A stretch of 64,000 bases of DNA from Terricaulis sp. (GCA_024707365.1 JANPZV010000002.1:80558-144557), one strand, 5' to 3'; counted from the first letter of the stretch, positions 22,296 to 33,507 are shown. A program made the numbers and translations. Notes: generated by a model from the sequence alone, not told the origin.

Positions 22296-22759
22296 GCCGC
22301 ACGACAATCCAAGCCGAGCGCATTTTGCCTTATGCGCCAGCCGATTTGTGCCGCCTCGTCGGCGACGTGCGCGCCTATCCCGAATTCATTCCGTGGCTGC
22401 AGCGCTTGCGTGTCATCCGCGAAGAAAAGCGCGATGAAGGCGGCTGGGAGGGCCTCGCCGAAGCCATCGTCGGCTGGAAAGCCATCACCGAGAAATTCTC
22501 CACCAATGTGCGCTGCGAGCCGGCGAAAGGGGAGGTGGATGTCGCCTTGGTAAGCGGGCCATTCCATGCCTTGGAAAACCGCTGGCGCTTTGAGCCGCAC
22601 GAAGGCGGCGCCAAAGTGCGGTTTTGGATTTCCTACCAGTTCAAGAACCCGGTGCTGAACGCCGTGGTCGCGGCCAACAAGGATAAAGTGGCGGGCCGCA
22701 TCATGGCCGCGTTCGAGCGCGAAGCGCAAAAGCGCCTAGGCCAGAAGCCGCATCACTAG
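22292..22759 (+). CDS. COQ10/RatA-like START-domain protein
   Basis: [23 protein letters not shown] and AFEREA motifs; conserved position after lipA. Confidence 0.9.
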
Positions 22760-23227
22760 CGCAAACGCCGCGGCCACGGTTTCGCGTTGCACGGCCTCGC
22801 GGCCAATATCGCCAAAGCGCTTTTCTTCATGCAGCACCGCGCCGCCTTCACGCGCGGCCGCGATATGCACAAGCCCCACCGGCTTTTCCGCGCTGCCCCC
22901 GCCGGGGCCGGCGATCCCAGTCACCGCCACGCTCAATTGCGCCCGCGCATGCGCCAAGGCGCCCTCGGCCATCGCGCGCGCGACTGGCTCGGAAACCGCA
23001 CCATGCGCAGCAATGAGCGCGGCCGGCACGCCGAGAAGCTCGCTCTTGGCTTGGTTGGAATAGGTGACAAAACCGCGCTCAAGCACAGCCGAAGCGCCGG
23101 CCACGCGCGCCATGGTGGCGGCGATCAGCCCAGCCGTGCAGCTCTCCGCGGTCGTCAGCATCAGCCCGCGCGCCTCGGCGGCGGCGATGACATCCTTGGC
23201 TGATTGCAGCAAAGCAGCGTCGTTCAT
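22736..23227 (-). CDS. cinA: CinA/PncC family nicotinamide-nucleotide amidohydrolase
   Basis: TAESCTAGLIA, VTYSNQAK, HGAVSE and TGIAGPGGGS..KPVGLV motifs. Confidence 0.93.
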   Translation of the reverse strand: MNDAALLQSAKDVIAAAEARGLMLTTAESCTAGLIAATMARVAGASAVLERGFVTYSNQAKSELLGVPAALIAAHGAVSEPVARAMAEGALAHARAQLSVAVTGIAGPGGGSAEKPVGLVHIAAAREGGAVLHEEKRFGDIGREAVQRETVAAAFALVMRLLA

Positions 23228-23310
23228 CGCCCGAAGCTAGCGTGCATACGCGGAAAAAGTCCATTCCCAGGACTCAAGCGCGATGGCAAAAGCGCCATGA
23301 GGGAGTTCGC

Positions 23311-25965
23311 ATGCAAGCTTTCGCGCGCCACGCCGCCGCGCCGATCTTCGCGCTCGCGCTGTTTTCCAGCGCTGGCTTGATCTTCGTGCTGCAGCCGCTG
23401 TTTGGGCGCATGGTGACGCCATATCTCGGCGGCTCGCCGGCGGTCTGGAACACGGCCATGGTGTTTTTCCAGGCGGCGCTGCTGCTGGGCTATCTCTATG
23501 CGCACCTTCTAGCGCGCGTGAAGGATTTGCGCCTGCAAGCGGGGCTGCACGTCGCGGTGTTGGCGCTGGCTTGGCTTGTGCTGCCCATCAGCGTCAGTAA
23601 CGCGCTTGGCCCGCCGAGCTCTGAGCATCCGGCCTTGTGGCTCTTGGGCGTGCTCACGCTATCGGTGGGCGCGCCGTTTGCTGCTGCTTCCGCCACAGCG
23701 CCTCTGCTGCAAGCCTGGTTCGCCCGCACAGGGCGCGCCGACGCGCACGATCCCTATTATCTCTACGCCGCATCCAATCTCGGCAGCTTTGCCGGGCTTT
23801 TGGCCTACCCGATTGTGATCGAGCCGCTGCTGGGCGCCGCCGCGCAGAGCCATGCCTGGAGCGCGGGCTATCTCGGCGTTGTGGCGCTGATCATGCTCGC
23901 GGGCGCAGCCGCGATCAGCGCGAACGGCCAAGCGCCGGCGTCTGCGAAAGCGGAAACGCCCGCGCCAACCTGGCGCCAGCGTTTGTACTGGCTCGCCGCC
24001 GCCGCTGTGCCCTCGGCGCTGGTGATCGGGGTTACCCAGCACATCTCCACGGATGTGGCGTCTGCGCCGATGCTGTGGGTGCTGCCGCTTGCGCTCTATC
24101 TGCTCACCTTCGTCGTCGCGTTCATGAAGGGCGGAGAGAAATTCGCGGGCGCGAGCCTGCTTGTGCATCCGTTCGCGCTCGCCTTCATGGTGATGTCTTA
24201 TTACGCATCGGGCAGTTGGGTGCTTTCGCTTGGCGGCATCCTTTCAGGCTTTTTCTTTAGCGCGCTGATTTGCCATCACGCCCTGGCGCGGGCGCGGCCA
24301 AGCGCCGATCGGCTGACGGAATTTTACCTGTTCGTCTCGCTCGGCGGGGTGCTGGGCGGGGCGTTCGCGGCGCTGGCGGCGCCGCTTATCTTCAACAACA
24401 TCTACGAATTCCCGCTCGCGCTGGCCGCCGCGTGCCTGTTCCGCCCGCGCGCGCAGAGCGACATGCCGCGCCTTGCCGACGCCGCGCTCGGCGCAACTGT
24501 GATGGGCGTTGTGGTCGCGCTGGTGATGCTGCGGCTCAATTTCCTAGAGAGCGCCATCGTCGCCGGCGCGCTGGGGGCGGCGGCCTTGCTGATTGCGGCG
24601 GGCTGGGGCGGCCCGGCCGTTTCTGGCCCGTTCCGCTATGTTTTCTTTGGCGCGGCGGTGGCGCATGCGGCGCTTGTGGTCGCGATCGCATTCAACACCT
24701 CACTGGTTTTTGTCGCCTCCACGGCGGAAACGTCGGCGGGCCTTGCCCAGCCCTGGGGCTGGCTGCTTATGGGCGGCAGCTTTCTGGCGTTGCTGTTTTG
24801 CGTGCACGCGACAGTGCAGCGGCGGCGCGACAGCAGCCGCGTGGGCGACATCGCGGCGGGCGTGGCCATGCCCAGCCTTGTCTTTCTCATCCTCGCCGTT
24901 CTCACAGCAGGCGAGCTGCGCGCCGATCAGCTCATTGTGCCGGCCATCATGTTCTGCGTGCTGGCGATATTCTTCACCCGCACCTATCCGATCGCCCTTG
25001 CCGGCATTGTGCTTGGCGCCTTCGCCATCATCTTTATCGATGATCTGCGTGGCGGGCAGGTGATCACACAGGAGCGCACCTTTTTCGGCGTCCTGCGCAC
25101 GCGCGAATACGCGCGGCCCGATCCAAACGAGCCGCCGCTGCGTGTTTTGATGCACGGCACCACCATCCACGGCGCGCAATTGGTGGGCGATGATTATTCG
25201 CGCCTGCCGCTCACTTACTATCACCCGCGCACCGCGCTCGGCGAGGCGATCAGCGCCGGCATCGCCGCGCATGATCGCGTGCGGCTTGCGCTTATCGGCC
25301 TCGGCGCGGGCTCCACCGCCTGCCTGACGCGCCCTGACGATGAAATGGACATTTTCGAGATTGATCCGGCTGTGGTGCGGCTCGCCGTCGATCCCGGCGG
25401 TGATTTCACCTATGTGCCGCAATGCCAGCCGAACGCGCGTGTTCTGCTTGGCGATGCGCGCCTGCGCATCGCCAATGAGCCTGACGGGTTTTATGATGTT
25501 ATCGTGGTTGACGCCTTCTCCTCGGATTCGATCCCGGCGCACTTGCTCACGCGTGAAGCGGTGGCGCTTTATCTGCGCAAAACCACGCCGCGCGGCATCG
25601 TGATCCTGCATCTTTCCAACCGAAATTTAGCGCTTGTCTCTGAGGCGGCGCGCGTCGCCGCCGCGCTCAACGCGCCATCGCTCTATCGCTTGAGCGATCG
25701 TTTCGATGATACGCCGGTTTCCTATTTTGGCGGGCTCGGCGCCAGCGCCATGATCTTGGCGCACGCGCCCGATGTGCTCACAAGCCTTGCTTTGCCCAGC
25801 AATGATTGGCGCGTGCTCGCAGCGCCTCCGGGCAGGGCGTGGAGCGACGATTATATCAACGTGCCGCGCGCGCTATGGGAAAGCGTCGCCGATATCGAAC
25901 GCTGCAGGCTCTACCCTTATCTGCGCGAATGTCAGCCCGGTGAGGAAGCGGCGCCTGAGAACTAA
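23311..25965 (+). CDS. Fused multi-TM / spermidine synthase-like methyltransferase
   Basis: LGGSPAVWN, DPYYLYAASNLGS, HGTTIHGAQ, IGLGAGS, GDARL, DAFSSDSIPAHLLT and WSDD motifs. Confidence 0.88.
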   Translation: MQAFARHAAAPIFALALFSSAGLIFVLQPLFGRMVTPYLGGSPAVWNTAMVFFQAALLLGYLYAHLLARVKDLRLQAGLHVAVLALAWLVLPISVSNALGPPSSEHPALWLLGVLTLSVGAPFAAASATAPLLQAWFARTGRADAHDPYYLYAASNLGSFAGLLAYPIVIEPLLGAAAQSHAWSAGYLGVVALIMLAGAAAISANGQAPASAKAETPAPTWRQRLYWLAAAAVPSALVIGVTQHISTDVASAPMLWVLPLALYLLTFVVAFMKGGEKFAGASLLVHPFALAFMVMSYYASGSWVLSLGGILSGFFFSALICHHALARARPSADRLTEFYLFVSLGGVLGGAFAALAAPLIFNNIYEFPLALAAACLFRPRAQSDMPRLADAALGATVMGVVVALVMLRLNFLESAIVAGALGAAALLIAAGWGGPAVSGPFRYVFFGAAVAHAALVVAIAFNTSLVFVASTAETSAGLAQPWGWLLMGGSFLALLFCVHATVQRRRDSSRVGDIAAGVAMPSLVFLILAVLTAGELRADQLIVPAIMFCVLAIFFTRTYPIALAGIVLGAFAIIFIDDLRGGQVITQERTFFGVLRTREYARPDPNEPPLRVLMHGTTIHGAQLVGDDYSRLPLTYYHPRTALGEAISAGIAAHDRVRLALIGLGAGSTACLTRPDDEMDIFEIDPAVVRLAVDPGGDFTYVPQCQPNARVLLGDARLRIANEPDGFYDVIVVDAFSSDSIPAHLLTREAVALYLRKTTPRGIVILHLSNRNLALVSEAARVAAALNAPSLYRLSDRFDDTPVSYFGGLGASAMILAHAPDVLTSLALPSNDWRVLAAPPGRAWSDDYINVPRALWESVADIERCRLYPYLRECQPGEEAAPEN

Positions 25966-26039
25966 AGCAACGGACTTTAAATTCGCCTCAGTCCGATGGC
26001 CGGCGCAGGAGCGAATTCAAAGTCCATAAGTTGCTTTAG
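25962..26039. repeat. Palindromic intergenic element, type B (inverted relative to 3802-3878)
   Basis: CTAAAGCAAC...GTTGCTTTAG fills the whole gap between two convergent genes and supplies both TAA stops. Confidence 0.85.
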
Positions 26040-27177
26040 ATCGGGCGCTCCAGCGTTGCGGTGGCCTGAGCGGCAAGGCCCTCTTCGCGCCCGGTAAAGC
26101 CCATGCGCTCGGTCGTTGTCGCTTTGATGCTGACGCGATCAAGCGGCAGGCCCAGCACTTCGGCGGTGCGTACGCGCATGGCGTCGCGGTGCGGGCCGAT
26201 TTTCGGGCGTTCGCAGATCAGCGTGATGTCCACATGCACGATCCGCGCGCCGGCCGCATCGCTCAGCGCGCGCGCGTGGCGCAGGAATTTCTCTGAATCT
26301 GCACCCTTCCATTTTGGGTCGCTCGGCGGAAAATGCGCGCCGATGTCGCCTTGGCCGAGCGCGCCGAGGATCGCGTCCACCAGCGCATGCCAGCCTGCGT
26401 CCGCGTCCGAATGGCCAACCAAACCCTTATTGTGCGCGATGCGCACGCCGCACAGCGTGACAGAATCGCCGTCGCCGAAGCGATGAGCGTCAAAGCCTGC
26501 GCCCACGCAGGGCGCGCGCGCGCCACCCAGCAAAGCCTCCAGCATCAAGCGGTCCTCCGGGTAGGTGTATTTCATCAGCCGCGGATCGCCGCCAATCAGG
26601 CGCGCCTTCGCCCCGTGCGCGATGGCGACGCTGAGATCATCGGTAAAAGCTGCGTCCGGCCCGGCCGCTTCATAGGCGGCGCGAATAAGCGCGGTCGGGA
26701 ACGCCTGCGGGGTTTGCACCCGCATGAGGCCCGCGCGCGCCACATCATCCTGAGCGCGCCCTTCGGCGTCCGCCCGGCGCAGGGAATCTGCGATCGGCAG
26801 GGCGGGGGCCACGGCCTCCGCGCCGCTCTCGAGCGCGCCGCGCAGGGCGGTGACGATTTCAGGCGTCAGGCCCGGCCGCGCGGCGTCGTGGATCAAGATC
26901 GTCTCCGCAGAAGCGGCGCCCAGCCCCGCGCGGACCGACTCAGTGCGGCTTGCCCCGCCTTCGACCACGCGTACCGGGCGCCCGCCGATTGCTGCGCGGC
27001 ACAAACCTCGTGCGCCGGGTCGATCGCCACGATGATGTCGCTCAAGCCCGCCGCCGCAAACGCCTCAATCGACCAAAGGAGCACAGGCTTTCCGCCTAAT
27101 AGGCTGTATTGTTTGGGCAATTCACCGCCGGCGCGATGTCCGCGCCCAGCGGCGACAATGAGAGCCGCAGAGGTCAT
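26036..27177 (-). CDS. ispDF: Bifunctional IspD/IspF (apparent frameshift ~27005)
   Basis: [37 protein letters not shown] and [16 protein letters not shown] motifs. Confidence 0.93.
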
Positions 27178-27337
27178 CCCGAAATTTTTTCACCTCAAAC
27201 TTGCTGCACCGCAACACAAAACACTTGGCGCCCCGCTTTTTGGGCGCTTTAAGCTCTCGTCCAGAGGTGCGCAAAACCATGCCCTGTGTGGAGCAAACGA
27301 GCCCGTCTGTCTTGCACCAAACACGCTGGCGCGCGTC

Positions 27338-28423
27338 GTGAAGGGCACAATCGCCCCGCCGCGCCCCGTGCGCGCACTATCGCCCGATGCGGAGCGTTGG
27401 ATGGAGGCGCTGCCGGCGCCGGTGCTGGGGATCGATAACGGAGAGCGCATTCGCTTCGTCAACGCCGCCGCCGCTGAGTTATTGGCGGGGGTTGGGCGTG
27501 GGCTGCTCGGGCGGCGATTGGAAGATATTTTCGGCTCGGACGCGCCTTTGGTGGCGCTGGCGCGGCGCGCCTTGGGCGGCGCATCGGGTGTGGCTGAAGC
27601 GGATGTGCCGCTGATCGGCCCCGGCTTTGCGCTGGGCCGCGCCACGGTCTCTGCGGGGCCGGTGGGGGATAATGGCTATATCGCGCTTGTGCTCACGCGG
27701 CCCCCGCGCGCCCGGCCGGGGCCGCCGCTTGGCGCGGTGAACGCCGCCACGCGGACGCTGGCGCATGAGGTGCGCAATCCGCTCGCCGGCATTCGCGCGG
27801 CCGCACAGCTGATCGCGCGCACCGATGAGCCTGAATCCGCCGCCTTGGCGAAATTGATCTGCGATGAGGTCGATCGCATCAGCCGGCTCACCGATCGCAT
27901 CGATCCAATGGGCGCGCTTGAGCCGCCGCGCTTTGAACTCTTCAATGTCCATCAGGCGCTTGATCGCGTGCGCAAGCTTATCGGCTCGAGCGCGCCGCAC
28001 GTGCAGATCCGCGAACGCTATGATCCGAGCTTGCCTTTCGTGCGCGGCGATCTTGATCAGTTGATCCAGGCTTTCCTCAACATCGCCAAGAACGCGGCCG
28101 AAGCCTTGGGCGAGCAGCCAGGCGCCGAGATCGCCTTTATCACCGCCTATCGGCCGGGCGTGAAATTCCGCGCCGCAGCCAGCGGCGCTGCGCGGCCTTT
28201 GCTTGAGGTGCAGATCGTCGATAACGGCCCTGGGCTGCACGCCGATGTCGCAGACCGGCTGTTTGAGCCCTTCGCCAGCACAAAGGCAGGCGGCATGGGC
28301 CTCGGGCTCAATGTCGCCGCCGACATCATGGCCCGCCACGATGGCCGCATCGAGGTCGATAGCCAGCCGGGCCGCACCGCTTTCATCATTTTTCTGCCCA
28401 TTGATCCGGAGGATACGCCATGA
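27338..28423 (+). CDS. ntrB: Nitrogen-regulation histidine kinase NtrB
   Basis: PAS domain, LAHEVRNPLAGIR H-box, YDPSLP, QAFLNIAKNA, DNGPG and GMGLGL. Start uncertain. Confidence 0.9.
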   Translation: MKGTIAPPRPVRALSPDAERWMEALPAPVLGIDNGERIRFVNAAAAELLAGVGRGLLGRRLEDIFGSDAPLVALARRALGGASGVAEADVPLIGPGFALGRATVSAGPVGDNGYIALVLTRPPRARPGPPLGAVNAATRTLAHEVRNPLAGIRAAAQLIARTDEPESAALAKLICDEVDRISRLTDRIDPMGALEPPRFELFNVHQALDRVRKLIGSSAPHVQIRERYDPSLPFVRGDLDQLIQAFLNIAKNAAEALGEQPGAEIAFITAYRPGVKFRAAASGAARPLLEVQIVDNGPGLHADVADRLFEPFASTKAGGMGLGLNVAADIMARHDGRIEVDSQPGRTAFIIFLPIDPEDTP

Positions 28424-29808
28424 GCGCACGCATCCTGCTCGCTGACGACGATTCCTCGCTGCGCTTTGTGCTGTCCCAGGCGCTCGGCAAGGAAGGCTAT
28501 GCAGTGCGGGCCACCGGCAATGTCGCCACGCTCTCCAAATGGGTGCGCGAAGGGGAGGGCGATCTTGTCCTCAGCGACGTCTATATGGGCGATGATTGCG
28601 TGTTCGACGCACTGCCCGCCATGCGCGCGGCGCGGCCCAATCTGCCGGTGATCGTGATGAGCGCGCAATCGACGGTGAACACCGCGCTCTCGGCCGCCGG
28701 CGCGGGCGCTTACGATTACGTGCCAAAGCCGTTCGATCTTGATGCGCTGATGGCGGCGGTGAAGCGCGCGCTGGCAGGCGGGCCTGATGCAAAGGCGCGC
28801 GCCCAAGCCAGCAAAGCCGAGAAGGAAGAGCGCCTGCCGCTGATCGGCCGCTCGCCGGCGATGCAGGATGTGTATCGCATCATGGCGCGCGTCGCCGGCT
28901 CTGATCTCGCCGTGCTTGTGGAGGGCGAGAGCGGCGTCGGCAAGGAACGGGTGGCGCGGGCGATCCACGAACACAGCCGCCGCTCTGGCGGGCCTTACGT
29001 GCAGCTCAGCCTCGCAGGGCTTGGCGCTGTGCAGCTTGATCGCGATCTCTTTGGCCCTGAAGGCGCCTTTGGCCGCGCCCGCAACGGCACGCTCTTTCTT
29101 GAAGATGTTGATGAGCTCACCCCCGAAGCGCAAACCCGGCTCGCCGGCCTGCTGCACAGCGACGAGAGCGGGGCGCGGCCGAATGCGCGCCTGATCGTGG
29201 CGTCACAGCGCAGCCTTGCGGGCCTCGTGCAGCAGGGCGCCTTCCGCCAAGATCTCTTCTACCAACTCAATGTCGTGCCGATCCGGCTGCCGCCGCTGCG
29301 TGAGCGCATGGAGGATTTGGGCGATCTGGCGCGCGCCTTCCTGGTGCGGGCCAAACGCGAGGGCCTGCCGGAAAAAACCTTGGACAGCTCCGCGATCAAG
29401 CGTCTCGAAACGCATCAATTCCCAGGCAATGTGCGCGAGCTGGAAAATCTGCTGCGGCGCGCTGCGGCGCTGAGCCCAGGCCAAGTCATCACCGCACGCG
29501 AGATTGAGCAGGAATTGGCCGGCGGGGCGAGTGCGCCGCCGCTGGCGGCCCAAGCCGGCGCCGCCGCCAGTTTCACCCAGGCGGTGGAGCAGCGGCTCGA
29601 GCAAGAATTCAGCGCCGCCGGCGCCGATCTGCCCGCGCCAGGCCTTTATGATCGCTTTCTGGCCGAGGTTGAGCGCCCGCTCATTCAGCACGCCCTTCAG
29701 GCCACGCGCGGCAACCAGATCAAGGCCGCCGCCGTGCTCGGGATCAACCGAAACACCCTGCGCAAGAAGATTCAGGTGCTTGGCATCCGTACTGGCAGGG
29801 GCGATTGA
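28420..29808 (+). CDS. ntrC: Nitrogen-regulation response regulator NtrC lacking the GAFTGA loop
   Basis: Receiver, LIGRSPAMQDVY, GESGVGKE, FPGNVRELEN and Fis HTH GNQIKAAAVLGINRNTLRKK. Confidence 0.9.
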   Translation: MSARILLADDDSSLRFVLSQALGKEGYAVRATGNVATLSKWVREGEGDLVLSDVYMGDDCVFDALPAMRAARPNLPVIVMSAQSTVNTALSAAGAGAYDYVPKPFDLDALMAAVKRALAGGPDAKARAQASKAEKEERLPLIGRSPAMQDVYRIMARVAGSDLAVLVEGESGVGKERVARAIHEHSRRSGGPYVQLSLAGLGAVQLDRDLFGPEGAFGRARNGTLFLEDVDELTPEAQTRLAGLLHSDESGARPNARLIVASQRSLAGLVQQGAFRQDLFYQLNVVPIRLPPLRERMEDLGDLARAFLVRAKREGLPEKTLDSSAIKRLETHQFPGNVRELENLLRRAAALSPGQVITAREIEQELAGGASAPPLAAQAGAAASFTQAVEQRLEQEFSAAGADLPAPGLYDRFLAEVERPLIQHALQATRGNQIKAAAVLGINRNTLRKKIQVLGIRTGRGD

Positions 29809-29870
29809 CGAAACCGTGTTACTCGTCCAACACCTATGTTGCTTGGGCGCAACATGGGAAGCCCCCTGCC

Positions 29871-32111
29871 ATGGCGCAGCCGAATACCGCGAGTGTCAAG
29901 TCCGATCTGGTCTTAAGCGACCGCCCCAAAAGCCGCAGCGCGATCGCGTTCGCCGGCGCCTTTATTCTGGCCGCCCTGCTTACCGCCAGCGCGACGTTGC
30001 TGCTCATCGCAGGGGAGGGGCTGGCGGGGGGAGTCCACGCCCGCTGTGCTGGCGATGTTGGGGCTCAGCCTCGCCCTTTCGGCGATCATGGCCGGCATTC
30101 TTGTGGTGCGCCTCTCGCGCGTGTGGCGGGCCTGGAGCTCGGCGGCGAGCGGCGCGCGTTTGCACGTGCGTTTCGTCACCATGTTCAGCCTCGCGGCGCT
30201 TGCGCCTGCGATCATCATCGCCGCCTTCCTTGGCTTCACCTTCAGCCAGGGGGTTGAGCGCTGGTTCAGCCAGCGCGTCGAAACCACGATCGAAAACGCA
30301 GCGGCGGTGGGGCGCGCTTATGTCGGCATCGCCAGCGATGATCTGAGCGGGGAGGTGCTGGCCATGGCCGAGGATCTCAACCGCGCCGCGCGCGGGCTCA
30401 CCGAAGATCCGGAACGCTACCGCGCCTTCCTGCGTGCGCAAACCCAAGCGCGGGCGCTTGCGTCCGCGTATGTCGTGCGCACCGATGGCGAGGTGCTGGC
30501 GCGCGCCGAGGAAGGCGATGCGCGCGAGTTTGAAGCGCCAACCGTGGAAGGGCTTTCGGCTGCAAACCAGGGCTCAGTCTCGATCCGCTTCGATCAAGAT
30601 GATGATCGTGTGATCGGGCTTTATCGGCTGAGAGAATATGGCGACGCCTATCTCGTCGTGACCCGCGCGCTGGCGCCCTGGGCTTGTCACCCAGCTCAGG
30701 CTGTTTGACCAATCGGTGGATGATTATCGCAGCGCCCGCGATGCGCAGGGCGCGCTGCGGGTGATGTTCACGCTGGCTTATGTTTCAACCGCATTGCTGG
30801 TGCTCTTGGGCGCGATCTGGGTTGGCCTCTCTAGCGCAAGCCGTGTGGCTGAGCCGATCGGCGCCTGGTTGGCGCCGCCCGCCGCGTCGCCGATGGCGAT
30901 CTCAAAGCCCGCGTCAGCGTTGGTGAAGAACGAGATGAGGTCGATGCGCTGGGCGCGGCGTTCAACCGCATGACCGCGCAACTCGACACCCAGCGGCGCG
31001 ATCTCGTCGCTGCGCAGGAAGACGCCGAAACCCGCCGCCGCTTTATCGAGGCGGTGCTGGGTGAGGTAAGCGCGGGCGTTGTCGGGCTTGACGGCAATGG
31101 CCGCATCACCGCCGCGAACCGCTCGGCCGGGCAATTGCTGGCGGCGGGCGAGCAAAGCCTGCTTGGGCGCCGCCTCATCGATATCGCCCCTGAATTTAGC
31201 GACTTGCTCAACCAGGCCGCGCCGCAGGGCGAAACCCCGCCGCAACGCGTCGATCTTTTGCGCGACGGCGCCTCGACAAATCTCAGCGTGCGCATGAGTC
31301 CCGATTCCGAAAGCGGCCTGGTGCTGACCTTCGACGACATGACCAAGTTGATCTCCGCCCAGCGCCAGGAAGCCTGGAAAGACGTGGCCCGCCGCATCGC
31401 GCACGAGATCAAAAACCCGCTGACCCCAATCCAGCTTTCGGCCGAGCGGCTGCAGCGTAAATTTGGCGCGGAGATCACCTCCGATCAGGAAACCTTCCAG
31501 CGCTGCACCGATACCATCCTGCGCCAAGTCGCCGATATTGGCCGCATGGTCGATGAATTCTCCGCATTCGCGCGCATGCCCACGCCGATCATGGCGTTCG
31601 CGGATATGAGCGAGGTGGCGCGCGGCACCGTGTTCGGCCAGCGGCTGGCGTTTGCCGATGTGCGCGTTGAAATCGAAGGCGCCGAAAAGCCGATTGGGCT
31701 CGTGTGCGATGAGCGGCTTATCGCCCAGGCGTTGCTGAATCTTATCAAGAACGCCGCTGAAAGCGTGCAGGCGCGCGCGCGCGCGAAGGCGAGCCCAAGG
31801 ATGGCTTTGTCCGCCTGCGCATGCGCGATCTCGAATACGGCGTGCAATTTGAAATCATCGACAACGGCCTCGGCTTTCCCGAAAAGGATCGCCACCGGCT
31901 GATCGAGCCGTATGTCACCACGCGCACGAAGGGGGCGGGGCTTGGCCTCGCGATCGTGGCGCGTGTCGTGGAAGACCACGGGGGGTTGATCGAGCTGGAT
32001 GATGCGCCTGGGCCTTCGCCCGGCGCCATCGTCCGTTTTGTTTTGCCAAAGCGCATCGAAGAACCGCGCGAACCAAGCGCCGCCAGCGCAGGAGCCCACA
32101 ATGGCGTCTGA
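29871..32111 (+). CDS. ntrY: Sensor histidine kinase NtrY (about four apparent frameshifts)
   Basis: GARLHVRFV..FSL, HAMP, PAS, AWKDVARRIAHEIKNPLTPIQLSAERL and EPYVTTRTKGAGLGL across consecutive ORFs. Confidence 0.88.
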
Positions 32112-33507
32112 CATCCTGATCATCGACGACGAAACCGATATTCGCGAGCTTATCTCCGGCATCCTTGAGGATGACGGGCACCAAGTCCGCACCGCACGCG
32201 ATAGCGACGAGGCGATCGAAGCGGTGCGCCGGCGCACGCCCTCGCTTGTGGTGCTCGATGTTTGGCTGCAAGGCAGCCGCGTCGATGGGCTCGAACTGCT
32301 TTCGATGTTCAAGGAGATCGACCCCGACATGCCCGTCGTCGTCATCTCCGGCCACGGCACGATCGAGACGGCGGTGTCGGCGATCCGCAAGGGCGCTTAT
32401 GATTTCATCGAAAAGCCTTTCACCGCCGATCGGCTTTTGCTTGTGGTGCATCGCGCGCTCGAAACCGCGCGGCTCAAGCGCGAGAACGTGGCGCTCAAGG
32501 CGCGCTCGGCCGCCGGCGACGACATCATCGGCACCTCCGCCATTATGGCGAGCTTGCGCGCATCGATCGACCGGGTGGCGCAAACCAATTCGCGGGTGCT
32601 GATCACCGGCCCTGCGGGCTCTGGCAAGGAATTGGTCGCGCGCCTGCTGCATGAGCGCAGCGCGCGCGTCGATGGGCCGTTTGTCGTGATCAACGCCGCC
32701 TCGATCGCGCCCGACCGCATGGAGAGTGAAATTTTCGGCGAGGAGGGGCCTGATGGCCGCCCACGCAAGATCGGCGTGTTCGAGCAAGCCCATGGCGGCA
32801 CCCTCTTCCTTGACGAAGTGGGCGACATGCCGCTTGAAACCCAATCGAAAATCCTGCGCGTTCTGGTCGATCAGCGCTTCCAGCGCTTGGGCGGCGCCAC
32901 GGACGTTCAGGTGAACGTGCGCGTTGTCTCCTCCTCCTCGCGCGATCTGCGCGTGGATATTGAGCAAGGCCGTTTCCGCGAAAACCTCTTCCATCGGCTC
33001 AACGTGGTGCCGCTGCGCGCGCCCAGCTTGGCCGAGCGGCGCGAGGACATTCCGGAACTTGCCGGTTATTTCGTTGGCCGCCTCGCCGGCATGTCGGGCG
33101 TGCCTGCACGGCAGATTGGCGAAGATGCGCTCGCTGCGCTGCAAGCGGCCGATTGGCCCGGCAATGTGCGCCAGCTGCGCAACGTGATCGAGCGCATCCT
33201 GATTTTGGCGACGGGCGATCCTTCAACCGCCGTGACGGTGGATTCGCTGCCGCCTGAAGCCTGGCCCTCGGCCGGCATCTCCAAGCATGACGGGCTGCAA
33301 GAGGTGATCGCGCTGCCGCTGCGCGATGCGCGTGAGCGGTTTGAGCGCGAATATCTCAACGTCCAGATCACCCGCTTTGGCGGCAACATTTCGCGCACCG
33401 CAGCTTTCATCGGCATGGAGCGTTCGGCGTTGCATCGAAAGCTCAAATCACTCGGCGTAGAGGCCCCTGGCCGCAACGGCGCAGATAGTGGCGCGGACGC
33501 TGAATGA
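32101..33507 (+). CDS. ntrX: Response regulator NtrX
   Basis: MASDILIIDDE, LDVWLQGS, ISGHGTIETAV and GGNISRTAAFIGMERSALHRKLK. Confidence 0.95.
   Translation: MASDILIIDDETDIRELISGILEDDGHQVRTARDSDEAIEAVRRRTPSLVVLDVWLQGSRVDGLELLSMFKEIDPDMPVVVISGHGTIETAVSAIRKGAYDFIEKPFTADRLLLVVHRALETARLKRENVALKARSAAGDDIIGTSAIMASLRASIDRVAQTNSRVLITGPAGSGKELVARLLHERSARVDGPFVVINAASIAPDRMESEIFGEEGPDGRPRKIGVFEQAHGGTLFLDEVGDMPLETQSKILRVLVDQRFQRLGGATDVQVNVRVVSSSSRDLRVDIEQGRFRENLFHRLNVVPLRAPSLAERREDIPELAGYFVGRLAGMSGVPARQIGEDALAALQAADWPGNVRQLRNVIERILILATGDPSTAVTVDSLPPEAWPSAGISKHDGLQEVIALPLRDARERFEREYLNVQITRFGGNISRTAAFIGMERSALHRKLKSLGVEAPGRNGADSGADAE

Noticed and set aside
26333-27337. Long N-terminal extension of NtrB (696-aa ORF)
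   Set aside because: It is the antisense shadow of ispDF; NtrB similarity starts only at ~27340.
32700-32830. NtrX lacking GAFTGA
   Set aside because: This is a known general property of NtrX proteins, so it is not novel.
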